Source: a bacterium (GTDB taxonomy: Bacteria; Patescibacteriota; Minisyncoccia; UBA6257; JAGOQP01). From it: DNA of 64,000 nt. Made by a program: the position numbers and the translations under genes. Positions within the stretch are counted from its first letter, which is position 1. Each line of letters starts with the position of its first letter. The notes under the pieces are model-generated. The model searched no databases. It was not told the DNA's origin and saw only the letters and a program-made list of their open reading frames with translations. Positions 46,601 through 55,185 of the stretch are shown piece after piece. The stretch is from positions 8,889-72,888 of the forward strand of contig JAJXZH010000032.1 of assembly GCA_021780155.1 (NCBI GenBank). The letters run 5' to 3'.

Positions 46601-46842
46601 GAGAAATGGAAGTCTGGGCTCTTGAAGGTTATGGATCCGCTTATACTTTGCAGGAAATGTTAACGATAAAATCGGACGATGTTTTGGGAAGAGCCGCCGC
46701 TTTTGAAGCTATTGTTAAAGGTGAAGAATTAAAAATGTCCACAAGCCCTTCGGCATTTAATGTTTTAACTAACGAAATAAACGCGCTTGGATTAAAGGTT
46801 GAGCCAATTAAAAAAGAAGATTTGCCCGACGAATCTTTGTAA
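43654..46842 (+). CDS. rpoB: RNA polymerase beta subunit
   Basis: GRICPVETPEG, GDKLAGRHGNKG, GQRFGEMEVWALE. Confidence 0.99.
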   Translation: MSTKNIEVKKFSTHPGDFIKIPFMGEIQFNSWNWFLKKGIKELFKEISPIRDYTTKEYELYFEDYAFDEPKFSEEESWQRSSTFEASLRAKVRLVNLNTKREVVQEVYLGDYPMMTKRGTFTINGVERVVVSQFIRSSGVYFNARAIRGKKYFGAKIIPDRGSWMEFETEADGFIGVKIDKHRKVAVTDLLRVFGLEHNEDILKTFSDTDNGQIKYIQATLKKDAASDVSNSYVEIYKRLRPGDLASPENAKGLIDGMFKRSDRFSLSEVGRYKMNQRLSVSSKEKIDTQLIRLEDLILIVKEIIRLNNDDHAEPDDIDSLSNRRVRSVGELLQSRMRVGFARMRRIIQDRMSTLEVEQVTPLQLINPKPLSSVAREFLISSQLSQFMDQVNPLAELSHKRRLSALGPGGLTRERAGFEVRDVHESHYGRICPVETPEGQNIGLINHLSNFARVNDYGFLETPYAKVKNGKVTDEIVWMTAAEEKKHKIAEGGVALDNLKRIVNESVEARINGEPEVCSKEDVDFIDVSPTQVISGATNLIPFLEHDDGNRALMGANMQRQAVPSIRAEAPLVGTGIEEQIAKDSGRVIMAIEDGEVIESDARHIVVKNKNGSKNYYDVLKFRRSNQYTSINNKTIAKVGQKVKKGDVLADGPATENGVLALGQNLLVAFIPYFGGNYDDSIAISEIVARQDRFTSIYIEDFSCDVRDTKLGPEVTTSDIPNVSEDKLRNLDEEGVIRIGAEIRAGDILVGKISPKGETELTAEEKLLRSIFGEKARDVKDSSLYLPHGKSGRVIGIKVFSRERGDKLEPGIIKRIQVEVAQLRKIRAGDKLAGRHGNKGVISRIFPVEDMPYLADGTPVDIVLNPLGVASRMNLGQILETHLGMAAKKLNYRAVSEVFVGATEEEISAELKKAGYPENGKLAVYNGKTGKKFDQDATVGYIYMLKLNHLVEDKIHMRSIGPYSLVTQQPLGGKAQFGGQRFGEMEVWALEGYGSAYTLQEMLTIKSDDVLGRAAAFEAIVKGEELKMSTSPSAFNVLTNEINALGLKVEPIKKEDLPDESL

Positions 46843-46860
46843 AAATTAAATTAAAAAAAT

Positions 46861-49800
46861 ATGAGTTCAACAGAATTTGATTATTTAAGACTTAAGGTGC
46901 CTTCTCCCGAAGAAGTTTTGGCGCAATCCTATGGAGAAGTTACCAAACCGGAAACTATAAATTATAGGACTCAACGCCCCGAAAAAGACGGCCTGTTTTC
47001 CGAAAGAATTTTTGGACCGACAAAAGATTACAGGTGTTACTGCGGAAAATTTAAAGGCATTAGATATAAAGGAACGATCTGTGACAAATGCGGAGTGGAA
47101 GTTACCCGCGCCATAGTCAGAAGAGAAAGAATGGGACACATTAAATTGGCGGCCCCCGTTACTCATGTTTGGTTTTTGAAAACCGGTAATTCAAAAATCG
47201 GAATATTTTTTGATATTCCTTCCCACAAATTAGAAAAAGTCGTTTATTACGCCGCTTATATAATAACTTCGATTAACGAAGAAAAAAGAAAAGAAATTTT
47301 AGAGAATCTCGCCGATGAATTTAAAGAAAAGAAAAAAGGACTCAAAGAAAAAACTTCCGAACTAAAAGTCATAGAAGATTCATTTAATCATTCAAAAGAT
47401 TTTTTGTCTTCTATTAAATTGGGATATGTTTTGGGAGAATCCGACTATTTTGAATTTGCCAGAAAATTTGGAGATGTCTTTGAGGCCGGAAGTGGAGCAG
47501 AAGCGTTAAGAAAAATATTGGAAAAAATAAATTTGAAAAAAGAAATTGTGGAAACGGAAAAGCAATTGGAAGCAATTTCCAAAAAAAGAAACAGCATTCA
47601 TGAAAAGAAGATTTTACAGAAATTGAGAATTTTGCACTCTTTTTATAAAAATGACATCAGGCCGGAGTGGATGATAATGACTGTTTTGCCGGTTTTGCCT
47701 CCGGATTTAAGACCGATGGTTGCTCTGGATGGGGGGCGCTACGCCAGTTCCGATTTAAATGATCTTTATAGGAGAGTTATAAATCGCAATAATCGCCTTC
47801 AAAAATTGATGGAATTGAGAGCTCCGGAAATTATTATTACCAACGAAAAAAGAATGCTCCAGGAAGCGGTTGACGCTTTAATAGACAATACCGCTCGTTT
47901 GGGAAGACAACAACTTTCCAGTCAAAATAGACCGCTTAAATCGTTGGCTGATATTTTGAAAGGAAAGCAGGGTAGATTCAGACAGAATCTTTTGGGAAAA
48001 AGAGTGGATTATTCGGCGCGTTCGGTAATTGTTGTCGGTCCGGATTTAAAACTCAACGAATGCGGAATACCAAAGAAAATGGCCCTGGAACTTTTTAAGC
48101 CGTTTGTTATAAAAGAAATTTTAGAAAGAGGAATGGCTCATAACATAAAAAATGCCAATCGTTTAATAGAACAAGGAATTCCTGAAGTTTGGGAAATATT
48201 GGAAGAAGTTATTACCGACAAATCGGTTTTGTTAAATCGTGCTCCAACATTGCATAGATTGAGTGTTCAAGCGTTTAAGCCGGTTTTGATAGAGGATTTG
48301 GCGATCAGAGTTCCTCCAATGGCTTGTGCCGCTTTTAATGCCGACTTTGATGGAGACCAGATGGCTGTTCACTTGCCTCTTTCCAAAGAAGCGCAAAATG
48401 AGTCGTGGAACAGAATGCTTTCTTCTAAAAATATTATCAAGCCATCAAATGGGGAACCGAGCGCTACTCCTGCTCAAGATGTGGTTTTGGGGGTTTATTA
48501 TTTGACTAAAATTTTGGGAGACGTCAAAGACGAATCCAAAATGAAAATTTACAACGATAAAAACGAAGCATTAAAAGCGTTGGAATTTGGTTATATAAAA
48601 ATAAATGAATCAATAAAAGTTGGTTCCTTAAAATCGGAAATAACTTCCGCTGGGAGATTGATTTTTAATGAAATTCTTCCCAAAGAATTTGGATTTGTTA
48701 ATTCGGTAATGGATAAAAAGTTTTTGTCCAATTTAGTTTCAAAACATATCAGTATATTTGGTTCCGAAAACACTTGGGAGTTTTTGGACAGAATAAAAAA
48801 AGTAGGGCTTGAATATGCCGCTTTGTCAGGAATAACTTGGAGTATGTATGATCTGAAAATTCCAAAAGAAAAGAAAGAAATTGTTCAAAGGGCCTACAAA
48901 GATGTTGAAGAAATAAGAAAACAATATGAAAATGGACTTTTGGATTCTTTGGAAAAGAAAGTTAGAACGGTTAGAGTTTGGGAAAAAGTTAAAGATGAAA
49001 TAGCCAAGCTTGTTCCCGGAGCGCTTTCAGAGACCAATCCGATATTTTATATTATTGACTCAAAAGCCAAGGGGTCTTGGGAGCAGGCGGTTCAAACTAC
49101 GGGAATGAAGGGACTGGTGGCAAATCCTCAGGGGCAGACAATAGAACTGCCGGTCATTTCTTCTTATAAAGAAGGACTTTCAGTTTTGGAATTTTTCATC
49201 AATACCCACGGACTCAGAAAAGGATTGACCGATACCGCTTTAAAAACGGCTCAAGCCGGATACTTAACCAGAAGAATGGTTGATGTTTCTCAGGATATAA
49301 TAATTGACAGCAAAGATTGTAAAACCAAAGAAGGAAGAGAAATAGACAGAGAAAGCGGAGATAAATATGGATATGATTTTGCCCAAAGAATTTTTGGAAG
49401 AGTTTTGGCGCAAGATGTTAAAGAGGGAAATAAAATTATCGCTCAATCCGGAGAGGATGTAACCAAAGAACTTGCCGAAAAAATAGCCAAATCATCGGCT
49501 GATAAAGTGATTGTTCGCTCTCCGATAACTTGTAAATCTCTTCACGGCGTTTGCGCTAAATGTTACGGGCTTGATTTGGGACGATTGGAGGAAGTTAAAG
49601 AAGGGGAGGCAGTTGGAATTATTGCCGCGCAATCCATCGGAGAGCCGGGCACTCAGCTTACTTTAAGAACTTTCCATTTGGGAGGAGTTGCCGGTCAAGA
49701 TATAACCTTGGGACTTCCGAGAATTGAAGAAGTTTTTGAAGCCCGTCCTCCAAAAGGAAGAGCGGCTCTTGCCGAAGAAGATGGAATTGTCCAAGATATA

Positions 49801-50463
49801 GAAGAAACGATGTTTTTGAGAGTTATAAAAGTGAAAGCTCATGGCAAACAGTTGTCTAAATTAAAATCCAAATCAAAGGTAAAAGAATATTCCGCTCCGA
49901 GAAATGTGAGTTTATTTGTTAACATCGGAGATAAGGTTAAAAAAGGACAGCAATTATTTGAAGGAAATTTGGATATAAAAGAACTTTTCAAATTGAGAGG
50001 CGTGGAAGAAGCCCAAAAATATATCATAAACGAAGTTCAAAAAATATATATTTCCAACGGAAATGTTATTAATGACAAACACATCGAATTGATTGTCAGA
50101 CAGATGTTTGCCAGAGTATCAATTAAAGAATCCGGAGACACCGACCTTGTTCAAGGCCAAGTGGTTGAAAAGGGGAGATTTTTGGAAATAAACAGACGAA
50201 TAAAAACCGCGGGCAAAAATCCTGCCAAAGCAAAACAGCTTTTGATGGGAATAACCAGATCCGCTTTGTCGACTGATAGTTTTCTTTCCGCTGCTTCTTT
50301 CCAGGAAACTGCCAGAGTATTGGTTAATGCCGCTACTGAGGCAAAAGTGGATAGAATTAGGGGTTTGAAAGAGAATGTTATTATCGGAAAATTGATTCCT
50401 GCCGGAACCGGATATGTCAATAATCAAAAAATGAAAGATTCGGAAAAAAACGATGAAGAATGA
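46861..50463 (+). CDS. rpoC: RNA polymerase beta' subunit
   Basis: NADFDGD, GKRVDYS, QSIGEPGTQLT. Confidence 0.99.
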   Translation: MSSTEFDYLRLKVPSPEEVLAQSYGEVTKPETINYRTQRPEKDGLFSERIFGPTKDYRCYCGKFKGIRYKGTICDKCGVEVTRAIVRRERMGHIKLAAPVTHVWFLKTGNSKIGIFFDIPSHKLEKVVYYAAYIITSINEEKRKEILENLADEFKEKKKGLKEKTSELKVIEDSFNHSKDFLSSIKLGYVLGESDYFEFARKFGDVFEAGSGAEALRKILEKINLKKEIVETEKQLEAISKKRNSIHEKKILQKLRILHSFYKNDIRPEWMIMTVLPVLPPDLRPMVALDGGRYASSDLNDLYRRVINRNNRLQKLMELRAPEIIITNEKRMLQEAVDALIDNTARLGRQQLSSQNRPLKSLADILKGKQGRFRQNLLGKRVDYSARSVIVVGPDLKLNECGIPKKMALELFKPFVIKEILERGMAHNIKNANRLIEQGIPEVWEILEEVITDKSVLLNRAPTLHRLSVQAFKPVLIEDLAIRVPPMACAAFNADFDGDQMAVHLPLSKEAQNESWNRMLSSKNIIKPSNGEPSATPAQDVVLGVYYLTKILGDVKDESKMKIYNDKNEALKALEFGYIKINESIKVGSLKSEITSAGRLIFNEILPKEFGFVNSVMDKKFLSNLVSKHISIFGSENTWEFLDRIKKVGLEYAALSGITWSMYDLKIPKEKKEIVQRAYKDVEEIRKQYENGLLDSLEKKVRTVRVWEKVKDEIAKLVPGALSETNPIFYIIDSKAKGSWEQAVQTTGMKGLVANPQGQTIELPVISSYKEGLSVLEFFINTHGLRKGLTDTALKTAQAGYLTRRMVDVSQDIIIDSKDCKTKEGREIDRESGDKYGYDFAQRIFGRVLAQDVKEGNKIIAQSGEDVTKELAEKIAKSSADKVIVRSPITCKSLHGVCAKCYGLDLGRLEEVKEGEAVGIIAAQSIGEPGTQLTLRTFHLGGVAGQDITLGLPRIEEVFEARPPKGRAALAEEDGIVQDIEETMFLRVIKVKAHGKQLSKLKSKSKVKEYSAPRNVSLFVNIGDKVKKGQQLFEGNLDIKELFKLRGVEEAQKYIINEVQKIYISNGNVINDKHIELIVRQMFARVSIKESGDTDLVQGQVVEKGRFLEINRRIKTAGKNPAKAKQLLMGITRSALSTDSFLSAASFQETARVLVNAATEAKVDRIRGLKENVIIGKLIPAGTGYVNNQKMKDSEKNDEE

Positions 50464-50529
50464 TAAATTCATTATTTAACTTGCAAATCCGATAAAATTC
50501 GTGCTATTGTATAAAAAATTTAAAACACA

Positions 50530-50943
50530 ATGAAAGAAGAAAAAAATAAAAAAGAATATGAATTGTCTTTTTGGCTCAAAGAGGGGGCTCCTTTGAACAA
50601 GATTGAATTGATGTTAAATAACATGGGAGCTCAAATAACGCACAATTCTGAAATAAAGAAAAACCGTCTTTCTTATCCGATAAAAAAGGAAGTTGAAGGT
50701 TATTTTGGATTTGTTCATTTTAACGGAGACGAGCAAGACATTAATGCCATAAATCATGAATTAAAAGTAGATCCGGAAGTTTTGAGATTTTTAATTTCAA
50801 AAAATCCGATAAAGAAATCGGAACCGAGGGAATCAAGAAGACAAGCTCCGGAAGAAAAATTTTCCCAAAAGGTTGAAGAAAAGTCCTCAGACCTTGTTAC
50901 CAATGAAGAATTAGAAAAAAAATTGGAAGAAATATTAAAATAA
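50530..50943 (+). CDS. rpsF: 30S ribosomal protein S6
   Basis: YEL, LSYPIKK, VLRFL; rpsF-ssb-rpsR synteny. Confidence 0.9.
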   Translation: MKEEKNKKEYELSFWLKEGAPLNKIELMLNNMGAQITHNSEIKKNRLSYPIKKEVEGYFGFVHFNGDEQDINAINHELKVDPEVLRFLISKNPIKKSEPRESRRQAPEEKFSQKVEEKSSDLVTNEELEKKLEEILK

Positions 50944-50988
50944 AAAGTCGGGTAAGTATTTAATTTTTGTTTTTATTTAATTTATTTT

Positions 50989-51459
50989 ATGAACCTGAAT
51001 AAAGTATTCATCATTGGGAGAATAACAAATGATATTGTTTTAAAAGCGACCAGCACCAATCAGGCGGTAACCAGTTTTAATGTGGCGACCAACAGAGTTT
51101 GGACTGATAAGTCGGGGCAAAAACAAGAAGAGGCGGAATTTCATACCGTAGTCGTTTGGGGGAGACAAGCGGAATTGGCGAGTCAATTTCTCTCAAAAGG
51201 AAGCCTGGTGTTGATTGAGGGAAGATTAAAAACAAGAAGCTGGAAAGATGCCAACAATCAAAATCATAAAGTAACCGAGATAATTTGCGAAAGAATGCAG
51301 TTCGGCCCAAAATCACAAAATTCCGGGTTTAAATCTTCTCAACCGCCACAATCTTACGGAAAATCAAAAAGTGAGCCGACCGCAGAAGAGGATATTCCTC
51401 AGATTTCAATGGACGAATCTTTAGAAGATGAAATAAAACCCGAAGATCTTCCGTTTTAA
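50989..51459 (+). CDS. ssb: Single-stranded DNA-binding protein
   Basis: MNLNKVFIIG, EGRLKTRSW, acidic DLPF tail. Confidence 0.97.
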   Translation: MNLNKVFIIGRITNDIVLKATSTNQAVTSFNVATNRVWTDKSGQKQEEAEFHTVVVWGRQAELASQFLSKGSLVLIEGRLKTRSWKDANNQNHKVTEIICERMQFGPKSQNSGFKSSQPPQSYGKSKSEPTAEEDIPQISMDESLEDEIKPEDLPF

Positions 51460-51483
51460 AATTAATTTTTTTAAAAATATTTT

Positions 51484-51684
51484 ATGAAACAATGTTATTT
51501 TTGTTCGCAAAACTTAAAAGATGTTGACTTCAAGGACAGCGCTTTGTTGAGGCGTTTTATTTCTTCTCAAGGAAAAATTATTGACCCTCAACATACCAAT
51601 ACTTGCGCCAAACACCAAAGAAAATTAGCTAAAGCCATAAAACGTGCCAGAAATATGGGGATAGTTTCAGCCGTTAGAAAATAG
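51484..51684 (+). CDS. rpsR: 30S ribosomal protein S18 (Zn-binding type)
   Basis: CYFC, DFKD, CAKHQR..AIKRAR. Confidence 0.96.
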   Translation: MKQCYFCSQNLKDVDFKDSALLRRFISSQGKIIDPQHTNTCAKHQRKLAKAIKRARNMGIVSAVRK

Positions 51685-51727
51685 ACGCTGTTTGGTGGTT
51701 TTTTATTTTTTAAATTAAATATTTTTT

Positions 51728-52312
51728 ATGTTTTCGCTCGATATCTCTCTTTTTTATTTTTTATTTAATCTTGGTCAGAGTTTAAAAATAAATTGGCTTT
51801 TTATTTTTTTTGCTTCTTATTTGCCGTATTTTATAGGATTTGCTTTTTTATACCTGATTTACAAAACTAAAGGTGTCAAGGAAAAATTTTATTATTTTAG
51901 TTTTGCCGCTTTAACCTCTATTTTAAGCCTTGGAGTTATTACTCAGACCATAAGATTTTTTTTCCATCATCTTCGTCCGTTTATCGCCTTGAATTTAACC
52001 CCAATGATTATTGATAATTCGTGGTCCTTTCCTTCCGGGCATTCGGCTTTCTTTTTTGCCGTAGCTTTTTGCACCTTTTTGATTAGCAAAAAATGGGGAT
52101 GGATTTTAACCGGTTCCACAATTATTGTTGTTGTCTCAAGAATTATTGTTGGCGTTCATTGGCCTTCCGATATTTTGGGTGGGGCAATTGTTGCTTATAT
52201 TTCTTTTGCTGTTTTTTATTATTGGCTTTTGCCACCTCAAAAAATTATTTTTTCTTCCGAAAATAAAGAGAAGGACAATTCAAAAGACCCGGCTTTAATC
52301 CAAGAAAAATAA
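51728..52312 (+). CDS. PAP2 family phosphatase
   Basis: RPF, SFPSGH, SRIIVGVHWPSD. Confidence 0.9.
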   Translation: MFSLDISLFYFLFNLGQSLKINWLFIFFASYLPYFIGFAFLYLIYKTKGVKEKFYYFSFAALTSILSLGVITQTIRFFFHHLRPFIALNLTPMIIDNSWSFPSGHSAFFFAVAFCTFLISKKWGWILTGSTIIVVVSRIIVGVHWPSDILGGAIVAYISFAVFYYWLLPPQKIIFSSENKEKDNSKDPALIQEK

Positions 52313-52339
52313 AACATCTTATACAAGATGTTTTATTTT
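52306..52339. terminator. Bidirectional hairpin between convergent genes
   Basis: aaaataaaacatctt-atac-aagatgttttatttt. Confidence 0.75.
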
Positions 52340-52382
52340 TGAAATGTAAAATAAGACCAATTAATTAGCAAAAAATAAATTT

Positions 52383-52937
52383 TTATTCTTTTTTGTTACA
52401 AACCTCAATTGCTTTTCGGATAATAACCCTGTCTTTTTCTTTTTCCTCTTCAGAAAGTTCGGCATAAGGCTTGTTTTGTTCTGCTGGAGCCCAACTTCCA
52501 TTTCTCTCCAACCATTTGTCATGAAGCGTAGAGCTGGCGGTTTCGATAAATGATTCGTCGAGTGGTGTACCGGCCTCAATGGCTTTTTCAACTTCAGTTA
52601 CTGCAATTTCAGCAGAAATTTTATTTTCTCCCTGCCATTCGCTTGGCAAACCCTCATAAGGAGTGTTGGCTATGTCAACCTCTACTGCTCCACCATGAAC
52701 TTGTGACCATGCTTCATCTTTTGTCTTTTTTATTCTCGGTTCATAATCTTTTGACTCTTCTCTCCAGCGAGGCTTGCGCCACTCTTCGTGAAGTTGGCTA
52801 CCGAGGATAGCAATTCTTTCAGCTGTTTTGTTAATTTTTTCCTCCCTTTGTTTGCTTGCCTCTCTTTGTTCATCGGTCATCATCTCTTCGGCTTTTGCCA
52901 ATTCTTCCGATGACGGATTGTATTTTTCCATGGACAT
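52383..52937 (-). CDS. Hypothetical protein with two RyR-domain-like repeats
   Basis: LHEEW...PYEGLPSEWQGEN and LHDKW...PYAELSEEEKEKDR. Confidence 0.65.
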   Translation of the reverse strand: MSMEKYNPSSEELAKAEEMMTDEQREASKQREEKINKTAERIAILGSQLHEEWRKPRWREESKDYEPRIKKTKDEAWSQVHGGAVEVDIANTPYEGLPSEWQGENKISAEIAVTEVEKAIEAGTPLDESFIETASSTLHDKWLERNGSWAPAEQNKPYAELSEEEKEKDRVIIRKAIEVCNKKE

Positions 52938-53056
52938 ATTTTTTCTTTCTTAATAATTAACTTGTCAATTTTTATAGAAAGTTGACTAGACTTTATATAA
53001 ATTTATTTGTGCCGTTGATTTATTTTTTTCTCCAAAACTATTTAATTTTTCTTACA

Positions 53057-53143
53057 TGGTGCCCGGGGAGAGACTCGAACTCTCAAGACCTTGCGATCAC
53101 AGGATTTTGAGTCCTGCGTGTCTACCAGTTCCACCACCCGGGC
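53057..53143 (-). tRNA. tRNA-Leu(CAA)
   Basis: cagga-ctCAAaa-tcctg, long variable arm, encoded CCA. Confidence 0.96.
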
Positions 53144-53312
53144 ATATTTAAATAACCTATTATTTTTTTATTATTAACAATGAACGGAATCAAGACGAGC
53201 GGAAGTTCTGATTAATTGTTTATCATTGCCTTTGATTTTTTTGATAATACATTGTTTTTTCGGTATAATCAACCCGTATTGTTATTTTATATTGATTTTT
53301 TTACAAAAATAT

Positions 53313-54125
53313 ATGACTCGTGTTATTGCTGTTTGCAATCAAAAAGGAGGAGTGGGGAAAACAACGACCTCAATAAATCTTGGAGGATATTTGGCGGCTC
53401 TGGGAAAAAAAGTTTTGATTATTGATTTTGACCCGCAAGGAAATGCTTCTTCAGGACTTGGATTTCCACCTAGATTTTTGAAAGAAAGCGTTTACCATGC
53501 TTTATTTGGATATGCTCACCACGAATCGGTTATTAAACAATCTTCTTTGATAAATTTGCGCGTTATGCCATCAAGTCCCGATTTGGCCGGAGCATTAGTG
53601 GAATTGGTTGATGTCCCGGAAAGAGAATTTGTTTTAAAAAAATTAATTAATCGACTGCGTCATGATTATCAATATATATTAATAGATCTTCCGCCGAGTT
53701 TGAGTTTGCTGACCGTTAATGGATTGGTTGCTTCCGACGAAGTCCTGGTTCCGATTCAAGCCGAATATTACAGCTTGGAGGGTTTAGGACAGCTTTTGGA
53801 AACGATAGAGATGATAAATATAAATCTAATGACCAACATAAAAATAACCGGAGCGATTATTACCATGTTCAATAAAAGAGAAACATTAAGCCGGGAAGTG
53901 GCTCGTGATGTTAGACGTCATTTTCCGCATCATGTTTTTCAAGTAGAAATACCGCGCTCAATTTCTCTGGCTGAAAGTCCGAGCTTTTCAAAGCCGGTTA
54001 TTCTCTATGATCCGTCTTCTCCGGGCGCCAGGGCTTATGAGGCGTTAGCGAGAGAGATTATTGCTCAGGAAAAAGACGATTATAATTTGATGTTGAATAG
54101 AGGATTTGGAAGCGTTATTATGTGA
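53313..54125 (+). CDS. parA: Chromosome partitioning ATPase ParA/Soj
   Basis: NQKGGVGKTT, DFDPQGN, DLPPSL, PIQAEYYSLEG. Confidence 0.96.
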   Translation: MTRVIAVCNQKGGVGKTTTSINLGGYLAALGKKVLIIDFDPQGNASSGLGFPPRFLKESVYHALFGYAHHESVIKQSSLINLRVMPSSPDLAGALVELVDVPEREFVLKKLINRLRHDYQYILIDLPPSLSLLTVNGLVASDEVLVPIQAEYYSLEGLGQLLETIEMININLMTNIKITGAIITMFNKRETLSREVARDVRRHFPHHVFQVEIPRSISLAESPSFSKPVILYDPSSPGARAYEALAREIIAQEKDDYNLMLNRGFGSVIM

Positions 54126-54167
54126 ATGTTGAATATTTGTTTAATTTATAAATCTATTTTTTAATTT

Positions 54168-55172
54168 ATGTTAGGGAAAGGGCTGGAATCTTTAATCCCC
54201 AAAAAAAATATGTCTTCGGGTCAATCTTCCGGAGATAATTTTCAAGGAAGTAATTTTATAACCGATGATAAAAAAAATTCATCGGATTTAAATTTTGAAC
54301 ATAGCCAATCTATTCAGGAAAAATCAAATAATTTAACCACTGATGAACCAAAAATATTGGGTCCGATTTTTCATATTGAAGTTGAAAAAATAATTTTAAA
54401 TCCTTATCAACCGAGAAAAGAATTTGACCAGGAGGCGTTAAGGGAGCTTTCTATTTCAATCAGAGAATTTGGGATACTTCAGCCGTTAGTGGTATCAAAA
54501 ATTGAAGAAGAAACAGAACAGGGGACAAAAGTTTCTTATCAACTCATTGCCGGACAAAGACGTCTTATGGCATCAAAGATAGCCGGACTAAAAACTGTTC
54601 CTGTAGTTATCAGAAATGCTCTCAAAAAAGCCGAGGCCTTAGAGATGGCAATAGTGGAAAATATTCAGCGCGCCGATTTGAATACTATAGAAACCGCTCG
54701 CGCGTATTCGCGATTGTCGGATGAGTTTGGTTTGACTCAAAGAGAAATTGCCGCTCGTCTGGGAAAAAGCAGAGAGGTAATTGCCAATGCTTTACGTCTT
54801 CTTTCTTTGCCGACCGAGATCCAAGAGGCGATTTCAAAAGGAAAAATAAACGAAAGTCATGCTCGACTTTTGCTTCAGATAGAAGAACCCGATAAGCAAA
54901 TGGAAATTTTTAATAAAATTATCAATGAAAATTTGGGAGTTCGCGATATTCGTCTTCATCTTAAACACGATAGAGAGGCGGGTCCACGGGAAAAATCGAT
55001 AACGGCCGATGATTTGGAATTAAAACGCCTCGAAAAAGATCTGTCCGAATTTTTGGGCGCTCCGGTCAATGTTGAATTTTCAAGAGCGGGAGGCAAAATT
55101 GTTATTCATTTTTATTCCCCAGAAGAAGCCAGAGGAATAGCCAATAAAATAAAGCCGGAAGATTTGATGTAA
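54168..55172 (+). CDS. parB: Chromosome partitioning protein ParB/Spo0J
   Basis: LGKGLESLIP, NPYQPR, IAGQRR, ENIQRADL, HTH. Confidence 0.96.
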   Translation: MLGKGLESLIPKKNMSSGQSSGDNFQGSNFITDDKKNSSDLNFEHSQSIQEKSNNLTTDEPKILGPIFHIEVEKIILNPYQPRKEFDQEALRELSISIREFGILQPLVVSKIEEETEQGTKVSYQLIAGQRRLMASKIAGLKTVPVVIRNALKKAEALEMAIVENIQRADLNTIETARAYSRLSDEFGLTQREIAARLGKSREVIANALRLLSLPTEIQEAISKGKINESHARLLLQIEEPDKQMEIFNKIINENLGVRDIRLHLKHDREAGPREKSITADDLELKRLEKDLSEFLGAPVNVEFSRAGGKIVIHFYSPEEARGIANKIKPEDLM

Positions 55173-55173
55173 A
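55121..55173 (+). repeat. 53-bp direct repeat, copy 1 (parB 3' end)
   Basis: Identical to 57047-57099. Confidence 0.97.
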
Positions 55174-55185
55174 TTCAATATAAAA

